Shown one piece after another: positions 27,099-40,539 of a stretch of 64,000 nt of DNA. The notes under the pieces are model-generated. The model did no database searches. It saw only the letters and a list, made by a program, of their open reading frames with translations, and was not told the DNA's origin. This DNA is from Sarea resinae (taxonomy: Eukaryota): NCBI GenBank assembly GCA_026026165.1, contig JAPEUD010000071.1, positions 1-64,000 of the forward strand. The letters run 5' to 3'. The number at the start of each line of letters is the position of its first letter. Position 1 is the stretch's first letter. A program made the translations under genes and the position numbers.

Positions 27099-27643
27099 AA
27101 CTGCAGATGCGAGATACAATGGGCTCGAGGGGTCACAACTTGGCTTTCGACTGTTGTAGCTATGGCAATTTTTCTGTCTTTCAAAAGATTCAGTAAGCTG
27201 GAAGTACTCTAAAATGAATTAAAGGTGTCTGATCATTTCGATTTTGCCGTGCTATTTGACCGAAACGTCCGCCACGTCGGAGACGTAAGCTGTAGGCAGT
27301 AAAGTGGTTCTACCGTTGAAGCAGGCAAAGGATGCCCGATTGGAATGATAGACTGGTTCTTACAGTGGAATGAGTCGGGAACTCATCAGCAATACTGTAA
27401 TCTTCCCGACGCGTCGTGAAGCACCGTATGACTAGCCAAGTGAATATGAGCAATGCGCGAAATCAGGACGCGGACCATTGACGTGCCCTAACGCGTGACT
27501 GGGCAGGCCCATAAAGGGGCTAAGTGTAAACCATTCGACGACATAATCACTTCAACGTCTCATACTGACCGACTCCGCAACCATTGCCACTCCATCGTCC
27601 CATTCTGACCGACTCGGCGCTGCGGTGCTTAGTACACTGAGCG

Positions 27644-29909
27644 ATGGACTTAGTCAAGACATCTGACCATCAACGGTCACCCAGTCACAGTTCACAACAA
27701 GATCGTCACTCTGAAGCTGACCGCCCATCCCATCGGACCGTTAGGGTTGTACTGCCTCCCCCGAAGGCTCCCAGGGGAGACTACCCGTATTACGACAAGC
27801 CACCTCCGGGGCCTCCATCCACGGACGTTGGGGACTCGCCCCAGATCCTAACGTTTCAATTGCCTTCTTCCGCAGCTCAGGGCGATCACTTTCTGTATCC
27901 ACCTCCTGAGCTGCAACAGGTCCGTCCATACCCCGCTCCGGAGCTACAACAAAGTGCTGCGACACCCACCCATCCTCAACACCCGGTCCATTCGTAAGTT
28001 CAGCCTGGTTGAGCAGCTGAGGTGGCGGCTGAACTGACGCGTCTGAGCCCATCTAGGACGTGGTTTAAGGTTGATGTACTCAGTAGAGGATTTGCCGTGA
28101 AGTTTCCCCCAAAGTGAGTTTACACACCTGATCGAAAGTTGTGGGATTGTATTATAGCCTGACGCGCGGCAATTTCTCTAGAAGCCAGAGCAGAATAGGA
28201 CCGAGTGTTCCGGTATTCATAGGTAAGGTCAATTTCTGTGACTAGCATCGGACCTCTTCCTCTCAGCCTCGAGTCGTCCAGAAAGGATCATCCCTGTGGA
28301 AAGAATCGAGAACAGAGCAGCGCCTCCCATAAATCCTCTTCCATCCAGTCTGAGAGGCAAGGGGCTGACCAAGCGTTCACCCAGGTCGTAAACAGATCGG
28401 AACCCAGAACCCCATCATCGGAAGTCAAGGCAATTCCTTATTCCCGGGAATTACACCAGCAGATTCTCAACTTTTCCGGAGTTACAAGAAATCACCTCTA
28501 TCACAGTCTTGGACACCGCCATCATCGCCAATGGCATCCAATCAGAGAAACGGGTCGGCTTTTGGCTCCAATCCAGCTAATCCGCAACAGCAGATGCTTG
28601 GCGTACGTCCGAACGCGGATTTCACCGCCAGCATGGGTCCCACTCCGGTTCATCCGTACGCCATTCGTGCTCGAGAGATCGCGGCGGCTCGTGGGACAAT
28701 CGACGTGGAGCAGCTGACCAAGCTCCTAACGCCAGCTGGGTGGGAAGTTGGTGACCCTGTCATCGACGAAGCTAGCATTGAGCGTCATTATTATACTGCA
28801 CGTGGGCATGAAATGGCTTTGCTTGAATATCAGATGAAGAGCATCCAGCCAGCGTCGCTATATGATAGAGCGGTAGGAGACAGAGAGAGACAGCACAATT
28901 GGGATACCCGCTATGAAACTGACCTCTTTATCTGGCGTGAAAGACTTGAGGTCTGGAATCGTTTTGGTAACCCTGATGCACCGGTGCCCGCTCGACTGAT
29001 GGTGGGTCAACCGGCACCACATCCACCAGTACTCGATCAAGTCCAACGGATTCCCCAGAACTCAAGCATCCCCAGGGCCAGACAGGACTCCAACGCAAAC
29101 TTCAGTGGTGGCCATACACCGACAGTAAATCAACAAGTGCAACGGCAGAAGGGGCAATCGGTAAAGAAAAACGAGACAAACACCACTAAAGGCCGATCTA
29201 AGAAACAGTCCGAGGTCAGCTGGTACCAAGGAGAATTGAAGAGTTCCAACTTGCCGACTTCAGTAATTGGCGGCGAAGCTCTAAAAGAAGGAGAAATTTG
29301 GCGTCAGACATCGAAGGCACAGAGCGACGCGGGCGCCATCGCTTCGTCCCCGCCCAAGAAGACACGTCGTAGAGGCGAGAAACTTGATTTCGACGAACAG
29401 AAAGGCTTTGCGATTCCGAGTGCTACTGCAACTGGGCTCCTCAGCAAAGGCTACGCCACCGAGAAGTCTTCCGCCTCGGACTGCCCGGAGACAGACGCAC
29501 GTGGGACAGTGGCAACATCTTCTGAACAGAGCTTTGGCGAAGGCTCACAGTTGGGTCGCCCGATTGGAGGACCGGTGGGCTACTTTGATGTACCTACAAC
29601 CGGAAGCCAGGTACGCTCTTCTCCGATGAGCAAAGCCCTGTTTCTGCTAATCTTTGGACTCATCCATAGGTTGCTGCGTCCGCAGGAAGATCTGCCTATC
29701 GCGGCCAAGATAGAGTAGCCCATGCTGCCGAGACCAATGCCTCCAATGGCCCTGTTGAGCTGAGTGAGAATCAAGGAAGCCCAGGCATGGAAAATCCCAG
29801 AGGCGAAGATTTTGGCGCAGCTCCCGGTCAAAAGCGCAAGCTTACAGGTCGTGGATCGCGAGCCAAGCGCGCGAAGGCTGGGCAAGATTGGGCCTCCGGC
29901 TCCCAGTGA
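27644..29909 (+). CDS. Orphan ~637-aa protein; exons 27644-27993, 28057-28113, 28182-28222, 28385-29610, 29670-29909
   Basis: Four GT-AG introns join five exons into one stop-free frame (1914 nt). The C-terminus has an NLS-like QKRKLTGRGSRAKRAK. No family recognised. Confidence 0.6.
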
Positions 29910-31941
29910 GGTTGTCAAATGTCCCAGGAAGTCTGTCCAGACCCCGCTCTGCACATTGTCTTTCTTTTCTCCGTTGCAACATAGTTCAAGAGTACTTGCG
30001 CACGTCGCTGTATTCGATCGCAACCTTCTTCGTTTTCCCTACTACTTTCGTCCAAGCTACACCTCATGGGGTAGCCATCGAAGTTTGGAATCAGCCGCGA
30101 ATGCATCGAACTCTTCGCAAAGTTTGACGCGTTCTGGGTTGAAGTTTCCCCCAAACTTCGGTTTTCTTCCCTTGTCAGCCATGTTCCCTTTCGAAACCTG
30201 GCCTTTCCTTAAGTAACCTGTCATCTTTCGCTTTCCCCTTTGCTCATCTTCACACCGACTCCATCGCGTGGACAGGAACCCATTTTGTTACAAGCCAAAG
30301 GAAAGTCGAAATCCCAGCCCATGCATTTCGGCGATGATGTGGGTTCGGACTTGGCTCGCCAACAATATGCGGTCACTTTAAGCTCCGTCGCGTTTCCGGA
30401 TACGGATTAGACGTGAGATCTGCTGCCGAGCGCTCCGTTGCTAGCACCTCTCGCCTTCTATCGCGCCTGTCCAGCCTCGGCCATTCTCGGTCCGTCATCG
30501 TGGCCAGGCCTTTTCGTCGAGTGGTTTTCCTTTCGTTACACGTCTCGCATCACTTGCAACTGCGACAACGCTGCCTATCATGTATCGTGGCACTGACTCC
30601 CGAATTTTGTCGAAAGGGATTTATCCATGTACCTGAATCGCAACACCTAAGATTTTCTTAGCTATGATAGAAAGACCTATACAGGAGTAGATACCCTGGC
30701 AGGCATCAAGTCGAAAAGGAATAAAAAATGGTGCTATCAGAAACGGTTGATGTCTTCGCAGCAGACTTCCTGCTCGTCTGCTTATGAACTTGAACTTCTT
30801 CCATCTAGGACTGATGCGATGCTGCGATGCGAACAACCACTATTTCTGCTAGAAAACTATAAGAATAAGGCATATGTTGATCCTAACCCAGACTCTGGAA
30901 AGATATTCCAAGACCAACACTATTATCTCAAACATCCTCTGCAAAGGGAGGCTCTTATATTTTTTTTTCTTCCTCTTCTTGGTACAGTAAGTCGTGACAA
31001 TAACCATGCCATACCAATTTCCAATTTACTCATACACACACACCCATAAAATCAAAACAACCCACTGCACCAAAACCCATCATCCAACAACTACCTACAC
31101 ACTTTCCAGCACAGTCTAATTCAGTCAACCACCAGTCCAATCCAACCCTCGTATCTCTCTCTCCCTGCAGACCGTCATTCTCTTACCCTCCGCCCCGCGC
31201 CCGTCAGATACGAACAGATACAGACGAGTCTAGAACGGGCTGGCAGATCGGTAGCCCAACTATGTCTATACTCCACCCAATCGGCTACAGCTGACCAGAC
31301 CGACAGAAATAGAGATAAAGGGATAGCTTGTTTTCCCCAAGGATCGGACATGTTCTGGGACTTTCTGATAGCCTGCTACGCTGGCAAGAGGAGAAAGGAA
31401 GAACAAGAGTGGTGCAGGCAAGGGAACGGCGGGCGCAGCCGAAGTAGGAACCACCCCCCTTCCCTATCCCTGTTTCTCTTTCCGCATGCATGATCTGTAG
31501 TATAGTTTGATTCCGGAGCTAGAAAGGCCGGATAGGGACGATCGAGACAAGAGGCCCGCTCTCCCACCTAAAATCACCTATGGATCTAGAGCGCGAGAGG
31601 AACGGCATAGAAGGTTTTCGATTACCTGGATAGAGTCATAACCTATAGGCGCGCGCATTCGCGCGTGAGAAGAGGCCAAAGAAAAGAAGGGATTGAATAA
31701 AACCACCCATCCGAACGAAGCTCCAAGCCTACTAACGATTCCCTAGAAGAAAAGAACAGCGGATCATCGGGCCTTCGTACGACATCCCACCCCCCAGACC
31801 GAAAACGCCTGCATTGACCCACTCAAACTCATGCGCCTCACATCAAAAAAGATCCAGAGATCGGATCATCCAACCTGCGCCCCAGACTCGGGAGAAAAGC
31901 AAGAGGGAGAAGGAACTCGGAACGGAGAAACGGAAAACACA

Positions 31942-34900
31942 TCAGTCGTGGGCCCTCGCGCTCGCTTGTTGGTAATCGATTCCCAGCTTATGCAATCTCT
32001 CAATCTGGCCGCGGTTCAGCTGGATGAGTTCGAAATTCCAGGGCAAGACTAAGCCAGACCTATGCCATTTCGAAGGAGCTGTTAGTCCCGAAATTTCGAG
32101 AAAAACCAGATCAAGAGCGTGTAGAATTTAAAAGGGCGGAAGGAGTCTTACTTCAAGTAATCGAATTTCATATTCCTGGCCTTATCCTTCAATCCCACTT
32201 GCCCTCTCCCCTCTAGTAGGGGATCATTCAACCGATCAATCTTCGCCCATGAGGTCCCGTATTCGGGGTCCTCGATCAGCTCGATGAAACGGCTGCACGC
32301 CTCTGCGGACCACGGTCGTCGGGTCTGCACTTTTGCTGCTGTGCGCGTCGCCACGACGCGTTTTGCTTCTTCGTTGACGCATTGGAAGTCAGGGTGTTGG
32401 TAGGGTGTGGGTCTCGGGGCTTGTGAAGAGCGATTGTGGGCCATGACGGCTTCGACGACTTCTTGGTTGGGGCTAGAGGCGGGGGTGGACTCATTTGGGC
32501 GAACGCGTATTCGTTTGGGTGACCGGGGGGGCGGCGACGTGGTGGATTGTAGCCTGGGAGCGGGCGGAGCCCTGTTCCGTCTGTTAGGGTCGACGGGCCG
32601 GTTGTCTTGTTCCATTTCTTCTTCCTCATCATCGTCTTGCTCGACCGGCCTGGGTCGTTTACTGCGTGAAAGGCCACCCTGGCCCGACGGAGGAGCTTGG
32701 CTGTCGTCCAATCCATCGCCGAATGGGACCCTCTCAGCGTCGGGCTGACGCTCAATGAAAGCGCGTTTCCTTGATGTCGAGTTTCGAGCTCTGGGCTGGA
32801 AGATGTTCTCTTTGTTCTTGTCTTTCTGAATAAGCTTGTATTTCCCGAGGGCCTGCTGCGAGGACGGCAGGGCAATATAAGTATCTTGCAAGGGCTCGTC
32901 CTCGTCATCCATATCCGGAGGCGGCCATGCATCCATTTCATCCTCACGAGCGGCAACCTCCTCAGTCGGCTTTGACGGTGCGGTTGACGGGCCAGGTGAA
33001 GCATGATGCCGCGGTGAGGTTCTTTGGGGCTGCGATGAAGGCTCAGCTAAAGTTTCGATTCGGTCGTTACGGGGAGGTGCTTGTGGAGTTGCCGGTTTCG
33101 GCGGTCGCGTCGCTGATCGAGGATTGGCTTCGTATTTTTTGAGTAGCGATATCGCAGTTGGAGAGGAAAATCTATGTCAAACGCATCAGCCAAAGGCAAA
33201 ATCACACAAGAATGTAGGAAGATATTCAAGCCGAGGCGCCGGATAAATCTTGGTGGAAGAAGTTCAAAAGCCGACTTTGCGGAAACTCACACTTTCTTTC
33301 CAAGTTTGCCCTCAATTTCAACCGCTGCCGCTAATCTATTCCGAGGACCCAATGAAGGAGGTGCCGATGCAACCTCATTACTAGCTGCCGCCGCGTCGGC
33401 AGGCCTGCGCTGCATTTCCTGCTCAAGAAGGTCCCTCACGGCTTCCGCACCACCTTGAGCGTCAAGGTGCCTTTCAATTTCGTCCAGGCGTTGTTTACTC
33501 CAAGATACGACTTCAGCGATGAAGTCAGTCCAAGGGAAAGCTTCCTCAAGTCGCTCAAGATCGGCATAATCTCCAGAACGTATAGACCGTATATCTTCGG
33601 GGAAGAACTCGCGAATGTATTGGACGCGCTGGTGGACGAAACGAGTGAATTCTTCAGATAGCTCGTTCTCTGCGCCCCCCAATCCGCTAATGTCCCAGCC
33701 CCTGACTTTCCCATTCCGAAGCGTATCCTCTTGTTGCGAAAGTTCCAGGCTTCTTTCAACGGGGGCTTCGAAGAACACTTGGGTCAAAATCCTATCGGGG
33801 TCGTAATTAGGAGCGGATCTCAAGCGAGCAAGCAGCACGATGAGAAGCTGAGTGCGGATATTCAGCGCCAAGTCAAACGTCTCCTGGAGGAGTTTGCTAC
33901 TGCCTGGATTAGCTCGGGAGTCATCTGAAGGCCGCATTAGACTGTCCAGGAATGGCGTAGGAAAAATGCGATCGAGTAGTTGTGTGACCTGATAAGCATC
34001 CTGAGTACCGCCTTGCATAGTGAGAACTCTGCTCACGAGAGTCGCGATGTTAGCCTTCTGCAGGATCACATCCGGCCTCCAGGGACCAACGCCAATGTTA
34101 TTTGCGGACATTTCTTGGAGAAGACCTCTTAGAATGATCGAAGTCTTGATATAGTGTTCACTGCCGAAGACTTCTTTCACCGTCTGGAAATTGCGTTCCA
34201 TACGAGCAAGCCGCCGACCTGTGGTAGAACCCGGAACCTGCAAATCTTTCGCAATAGAGGTCGCAATATCGTAAGGCGAAGCTTGCTTCGGCGCAATGAT
34301 CTTTAATACAGACTCTGACGCCTGTGATAAGTCTGGGAGCGTCTCCAACAGCTCTCGTGGGTCGAGCTCGCTCAGCTCTTGAGCCGAATAAGTTGTCTGC
34401 CCGGTAGCACCAGAGACGACCGAGTAGCCTGGGGACTGAGATTCACGTGCGGGTAGATCCTGATCATCCTCTTCGTCATCTTCGTCCTGATCATCCTCTT
34501 GCTCGTCGTCCTCATCGTGTCCTTCGGCTGGATGTCCTTCGGCAATGACTTCAATTTGATCTTCCACGCTCTCCTCTTCAACATTTGGGTACTCGACAAT
34601 AGCCTCTTCGGCAACAGACGAGAGTGCTAGATTTCAGACATGATCAGTCGCCGCGACTAGGAGGTGGATGAACTCTTCACCAACCTTTCGCACCCTTCGA
34701 CTTCGGGATCTTGGTTCCTGCCTTGCCCTTTTGACCAGCCCGACTCCCCAATCTTTCCGCGCTCTCTGCGCTCTCCTGTCTCACGCCGCGACGGGTGGCC
34801 CTTTTGACTTCGTTCCGGGCAGGATTTCGACTGCCAAGCTCCCGACTTTGGCTCCTTGTCTTTCTATTCGCGTTTTGCTCTGGGCTTTGTGATGAGGCTA

Positions 34901-34988
34901 CGACAGTTCGACGGGTCACCGGTGGCTTCGGTGGGGACTGGGGATTGTCGCGCCTGCTGAAAGACCGCGTCGCGACGCGATCAGCCAT
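31942..34988 (-). CDS. TRF/Tbf1-like protein with a single C-terminal telobox Myb domain; exons 34988-34685, 34626-33291, 33171-32152, 32059-31942 (925 aa)
   Basis: C-terminal RRPWSAEACSRFIELIE..YGTSWAKI..RGQVGLKDKARNMKFDYLKSGLVLPWNF. Basic N-terminus, acidic stretch and a ~330-aa helical central domain. Three canonical introns give 926 codons in frame. Confidence 0.8.
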
Positions 34989-36069
34989 GATGTGAGTATC
35001 TGGATCGGGTCTTGATCGGTATCAGAGATTTCACGCTCTCGTCGGCTTGTGTTCAAAGCATTGAGTCGAGGGAGATGTAGCGAACGCCAGCCTGCGATTG
35101 CTTAGGCCTGCGCAGTCTGCGGATTGTGCTGTTCGAAGTTGGCGATGATGCTTGTTGTTGTGATGGACGAAGACAGCCCGCAGGCACACACTAAGACATT
35201 GATGTACTGCTACTGGAGTACCTACTCTGGAGTACGCTGTACTCACGTATTCCGTACGGTACTATGTACGAAGTACGAGTTGTCGGTATGGACGTATGAA
35301 GTACCGTACTGTACTATGTACCCACGTCTTTCCTGCGAGACTTCCATGTTGCCATTTCCAGGTCGATCAGAGTAGCGGACTCGTGTCCTGAATTCGTTGT
35401 TCGGGAGTGGAGAATGTAGAGATGAATATCACGTCAATCAATTGTGGACGATTCCGACCATGAGAACACAAATCATCTCTGCATGCGGGAGTCCAGCTGT
35501 GGCCCGTACTGGGTACTGGGTACGCGTCGATACGGAGTCCTACGGAGTCCTACGTAGTACTTCCTCCTTCCATGGATATCGATATAGAATAGAAGTACCT
35601 ACAAATAGATCCTCCTCTTTCTCTCCCCTAAGCGACCTTGCCGCATAGCGTAGCCCCCTACTACTCCGGAGTACGCTTGGTAGATCGACGTTTAGGCCAG
35701 GTACGGATACCTGGGTCAAGCTGCATTCTTGTCGTTTGCGAGTCGTACTTGGTACTTCTCACCCATCCGTATATGGTACTCGATGTACGTGTACGGATCC
35801 AGGACGATCTCGAACTTCATGCAACACACGACCGAGACAATAATAATCCACTTCACTCCCTGCTTGCCCTGCACCCTTTCATCATCTCCTCGTTGAGGCG
35901 TTTGGGATCAACGGCCTCTTTGACATTACAAGGAGGTGCATCTCTCAGTACTTTGTCCACTCAACCAGCAGCCGTCTCGTCAAATCGACCACATCTCCTC
36001 AAGTCTGCGTCCACGCCTCAATTCCCCGAACCCTTTTTTTCCAACCAACTTCTCCCTTTCGTCGTTACG

Positions 36070-37874
36070 ATGAAGTGCAGGCGGCGAGCCTCTCCGCTGA
36101 TACTTCTCCTCCTGCCAGTCCTCTCTTCGGCCCTCGCCGTTGGCAAGGTCGGCCCCGCGAGCGCTGCTGACGAAACAGACCCATCTGTCGCCTTGCCGCA
36201 AGCAGCCCGAGAAGCTGCGGTGGTGAATTCGGCTTCTAGCAGTGCACTTCCCGACCCTCAATTGGCGGTATTGAGGTCAGATCGCGGTTTGAAGGATACA
36301 CCAGTCGACGGAAAAGACGGCAAGCCTCACGCGGGACCGTGGGTGGAAACCGCTGCCGAAAGGGAGCGGAAGAAGACAAAGGCTGGAGACGAAGAGGATG
36401 CACTCTTTCCTGGCAAGAAGCCGGGGCCGAAGCCAGCAAAAGACACTTCGACTGATGGGGTCACCGTACAAGGGCCACAGATACCAGAGACGAACAATGG
36501 AGTCATGGACGACCCTAATAGGGCCGGACCCAAGCAGGGGACCACCGGTACTGAGGGCGGAGTTTCCGAGAAGAATAGAGACCGGAAGGCTCAGGAGGGG
36601 CAGACTGGCGAAAAGGCGGAGATGAAACCAGATCCTCCCAAAGAAGCTCCACCATTGCCTCACAGCGAGCAGGAGAAAATAAAAAAAGGTGGTGTAGAGT
36701 CTGCAGAGAAGGAAGTTTTATCTGCCGATGATGAAGAAAAGCCGAGAGCACCCGGCGGCCTTGAAGTATGTCAATGTGGAACGATCGAATAGCCTGCAGA
36801 GATAGGAATCTGGTTTGCTGACTTTCTTATCATTTCAGAAGCCTACCGACTTGCCGAATACGCCACATAGCATCCCGCAGCCTCTGCCGCCGACCACACC
36901 GAAGAAGGATGATCCACTTGAAAGAGCCAAGTCCGATGATCGAACCAGCATCACTACACCAAGTACGGACTCTGACGAGCCGGAAGCTATCATACATCCA
37001 GAGCATTCCTTTTTCCTCTCGTTCACGATGATATTATTCTCGGAGATTGGCGACAAAACCTTTCTTATTGCAGCCCTTATGGCCATGAAGCATCCACGTA
37101 TCGTTGTCTTCTCTGCGGCATTTGGTGCGCTTATTGCCATGACCGTTCTATCTGCAGTACTTGGACACGCCGTCCCAACATTGATACCGAAGCGCTACAC
37201 GAACGCATTGGCCGCTATTCTCTTCCTCGTTTTTGGCTTCAAGATGCTTCGAGAAGGCTACTATATGAGCTCTGAGGAGGGCGTGGGCGAGGAAATGAAG
37301 GAGGTCGAGATGGAACTGGAGGAAAAGGAGGAACTAGATCGGAAGCAGAGCCGACGTCGTTCTTCCATTTCTCCATACGTGCTAGAAGCTGGTCGGGCAG
37401 GGAACCGGAAGTCTCGGTCAAACTCCCGACTACCTTCACCACGCAGCCCATCTTCTTCGCCATCTCGATCCCCTTCACCTGGCCGAGTTTCTAGTCTCTC
37501 CTCCATGATGGCTGGCTTCTACAACCTCTTTTCCCTCCTATTGAGTCCTGCCTGGGTTCAGACTTTCGTGATGACCTTCTTAGGCGAGTGGGGTGATAGG
37601 AGTCAGATTGCGACGATTGCAATGGCTGCTGGTCAGGATTACTGGTGGGTCACAGGCGGTGCGGTGAGCGGACACGCAATCTGCACTGCAGCCGCCGTGC
37701 TCGGAGGTAGAGCTATTGCTGGCAGAGTCAGCTTGAGAGTTGGTAAGCAGTCAATCGACATTCCGGATGGTTAGATCGGGCACTGATTGAATTGTGACAG
37801 TAACCCTGGGGGGTGCAATTGCTTTTGTGGCCTTTGGCTTGATCTACATGGTCGAGGCCATCTATACACCTTGA
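36070..37874 (+). CDS. GDT1: GDT1/TMEM165 (UPF0016) Golgi Ca2+/Mn2+:H+ antiporter; exons 36070-36765, 36839-37742, 37801-37874
   Basis: Both family motifs are present: SEIGDKTF and GEWGDRSQ. N-terminal signal peptide MKCRRRASPLILLLLPVLSSALA; 558 codons in frame. Confidence 0.92.
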
Positions 37875-40539
37875 ACATTCTTCGTCCTAAAGGGAACTTC
37901 CAGTATACTGAACAGTGAAGGGACACCCGTCTGACTTGACTCTTTTGCATCATTTCCTCTCCCCTGCCGCCATTAATGTATAGTCTCCACATGCCGCAGG
38001 TGTCATGTCTTTCCGACCCTCGTCGCATGCATCAGATGTGTTCTCCCAGTCTCCACATTTCTTGCTCCTTTTTGTTCTACGAAAGGACTTTTTTCTCCTT
38101 CGGACCTCGGCGAACAAAAACAAATTTTCGGCGAACATGGTGTTCTCTTTGTTTGTTTATTCTTGCATCATTGGTTTAGTTGGTGACGGAGGGCGGAGTA
38201 GGTACGAGTCCGCCCGGGGGGCTCTAGCTCTGTTAAGGTAATCGTTGTTCATTTTCCGTCTAACCAAAAAAAGCTCGGTTTGCTTTATCGGCCCGTGAAT
38301 GCTGGGCGCGTACGCGAGTTTTGAGGGGGGAATAGTCATACTTGTCAGCGTGGTACTATCTACCGTCTACCTCATCTCTCTGTCTTTAGTCGTTGAAATC
38401 GGTGGGATGAGCATCTGCAATGGAGGCTGTGCGTGGTGGGCAGGGGATTGAGGGTGGGATTTGGTTTTCGTACTCGTCGCAACAAGCATTGGCACAGGCA
38501 AAGGCGGCTTTGTCGATTTCCTTGTTCCTATGGATATAGCAGTCGTGTGTCATCGGCCAATTCCATTATCTTGTACGATACTCGTCATAACTTCCTTATC
38601 GTTTGATTCCCTGCCGTCAGAGAACTTTGTAATCAAAGATGTGATGGAGAGAGAAGGAGAATCAGATTCGAGTTCGAGGGTAGACTGCCCATAGGATAAC
38701 AATGCGTAAGCGGCTTGCCATCGTACCGTATCTTAAGACAGAAGTTACAAAGTACTTTGTGCTTTGTACGATTTGAAAAGGCTCCCTCGCAGCTGAAGGG
38801 CCTCGCTAGACGACTTAGACTTAGACAGAGCAGCGCGAAAGACAAACGGGGAAGACCATAAGAGATCGTCGATAGATGGCCCTGGAGAAGCTGCTCGTCG
38901 CTCCAATTCAGCATACATGGCACGCTCTCTGAAGATTCAAGGTCGGATCTGTCTCGACTTTCCTTGGTGCTAAAGGTCTAGACCAAGGCGCCTATAGAAA
39001 CTTCCGCTCGACGCCAAAGCGCCGGCTGTGCATTGCGAGCTGGAGAGTTGCGAGAAAATGAGTTTGAGAGAAGCTCGAAAGGTAAGGTATATTAGGCTAC
39101 CAAGGAAACAGTATCTGAGAAGAGGGTCAAGACGAAGGCTACTAGTGATCTCGATTCAAGACTCTTTCTTGTACAATTGCCTAACTACTCCTCTTCTTAC
39201 GCCCGGCCAGACTTCCAGTCAAAAATCGAACAGATGCATAGTTCTTCGACGCTGTCTCTCGAATGAAGCGCCGTTATGACCAGGGCTCTATCGCTCGACT
39301 CGCGCCAGATCAAATCAAGCCCTGCGTCGCGTAGTCGGCCAACGATCTGTGGAATGATGGCGGCGATGGGGAAGTTGCGTATATCCTGGCCAAGATGGGG
39401 GACCAAATGGGGGAAAAGATAATACATGCGAAAGGTACCGATAAGTCTGGACGGTATGAAATTTCTGGTCGTCGTCACAGCGCAAGACGTTGAGGAAAGA
39501 GTCGAGGGCAAAAGATAGTGACGGTACTGTTTAGCTTGCAAGGCTGCATTAGATGAAAATTCCCGTCAGAAAGTGGTTTGGACGCCTTCATTCACGACAG
39601 ATCTTGATCTTTATGCATTCGGATTTCCCAAAGCCTTATACGTTTTCTGAGGTGAGTAGTTACGTCTTCTTAAGCTGGGGGGCTTTTCCTATGAGACGAG
39701 GCGATTTCACAAGCGAGCGGACAATCAAATCAAAGGTACCTTGCCCTGTCCTAAGACGTCTTGCGCTTTGTAGGACTTATTGTGCGCACTCCTTTGGTTT
39801 CCCCATGCTAAACAATTCCTAGATTTACCAATCTAATGGCTACCTCCTAAGAGAATCTAGTTCGTGAGTCGCGAGCGAACGTCTTGACTTAGCTCTCGGA
39901 AGATACAGTCTGCCTTGACTCCTTGATCTTTTTCTTGTCATCGTCGCGATTCTTAGATCTAGACATCTACCGCCCAGATTCTAAAGCACCTACCTGCCTA
40001 CCTGCAAAGGACCAAATCCCACGACGGGCGTGCCGTTCCCTGGTCCCGTGCTTTCTTTATATTTACCTTCCTACCTTACCATCACCATCTGAAATCTCGA
40101 GGCCCCTTTCCATCTTCCGTCTTTCGTCTGCCGTCCATCTATGCCTTACGTTACGTTGCTTTGCGTTTTACGCACGCTCGTAACTACCGAAAAATCCACC
40201 TTACCTAAGAATGCCTAACTAAAACAACCCCGACGTGCTAAGCAACGAGCCGCGGGATAGGGACGGGGACGGGAGTTATATTAAGGTTGGCCTACTACTG
40301 CGGTAGCTTAGATTTGATTACCTAAACGCCATCGTGTCCTATTCTATCGTATCGAAGCGAGCGAGCGGGCGGACGGGACGGGTGGAAACGCGAGTTAGAG
40401 TTAGACAGAAAGGCGGCAGTTGATGATAGGAGTTAGCCGACGTCTTAGCTACCGACCTGTCTGTCGTGTCCGCTGTCGCGAGGGTAGAGATATTCTAATC
40501 AGGGCGCGTGTCTCTGTTTCTATCTCTTCTTATCTATCT

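Noticed and set aside
35638..36069. 144-aa N-terminal extension of the GDT1 ORF
   Set aside because: It starts at TTG and runs through GTAC-rich promoter and pyrimidine-rich leader sequence. The ATG at 36070 gives a proper signal peptide.
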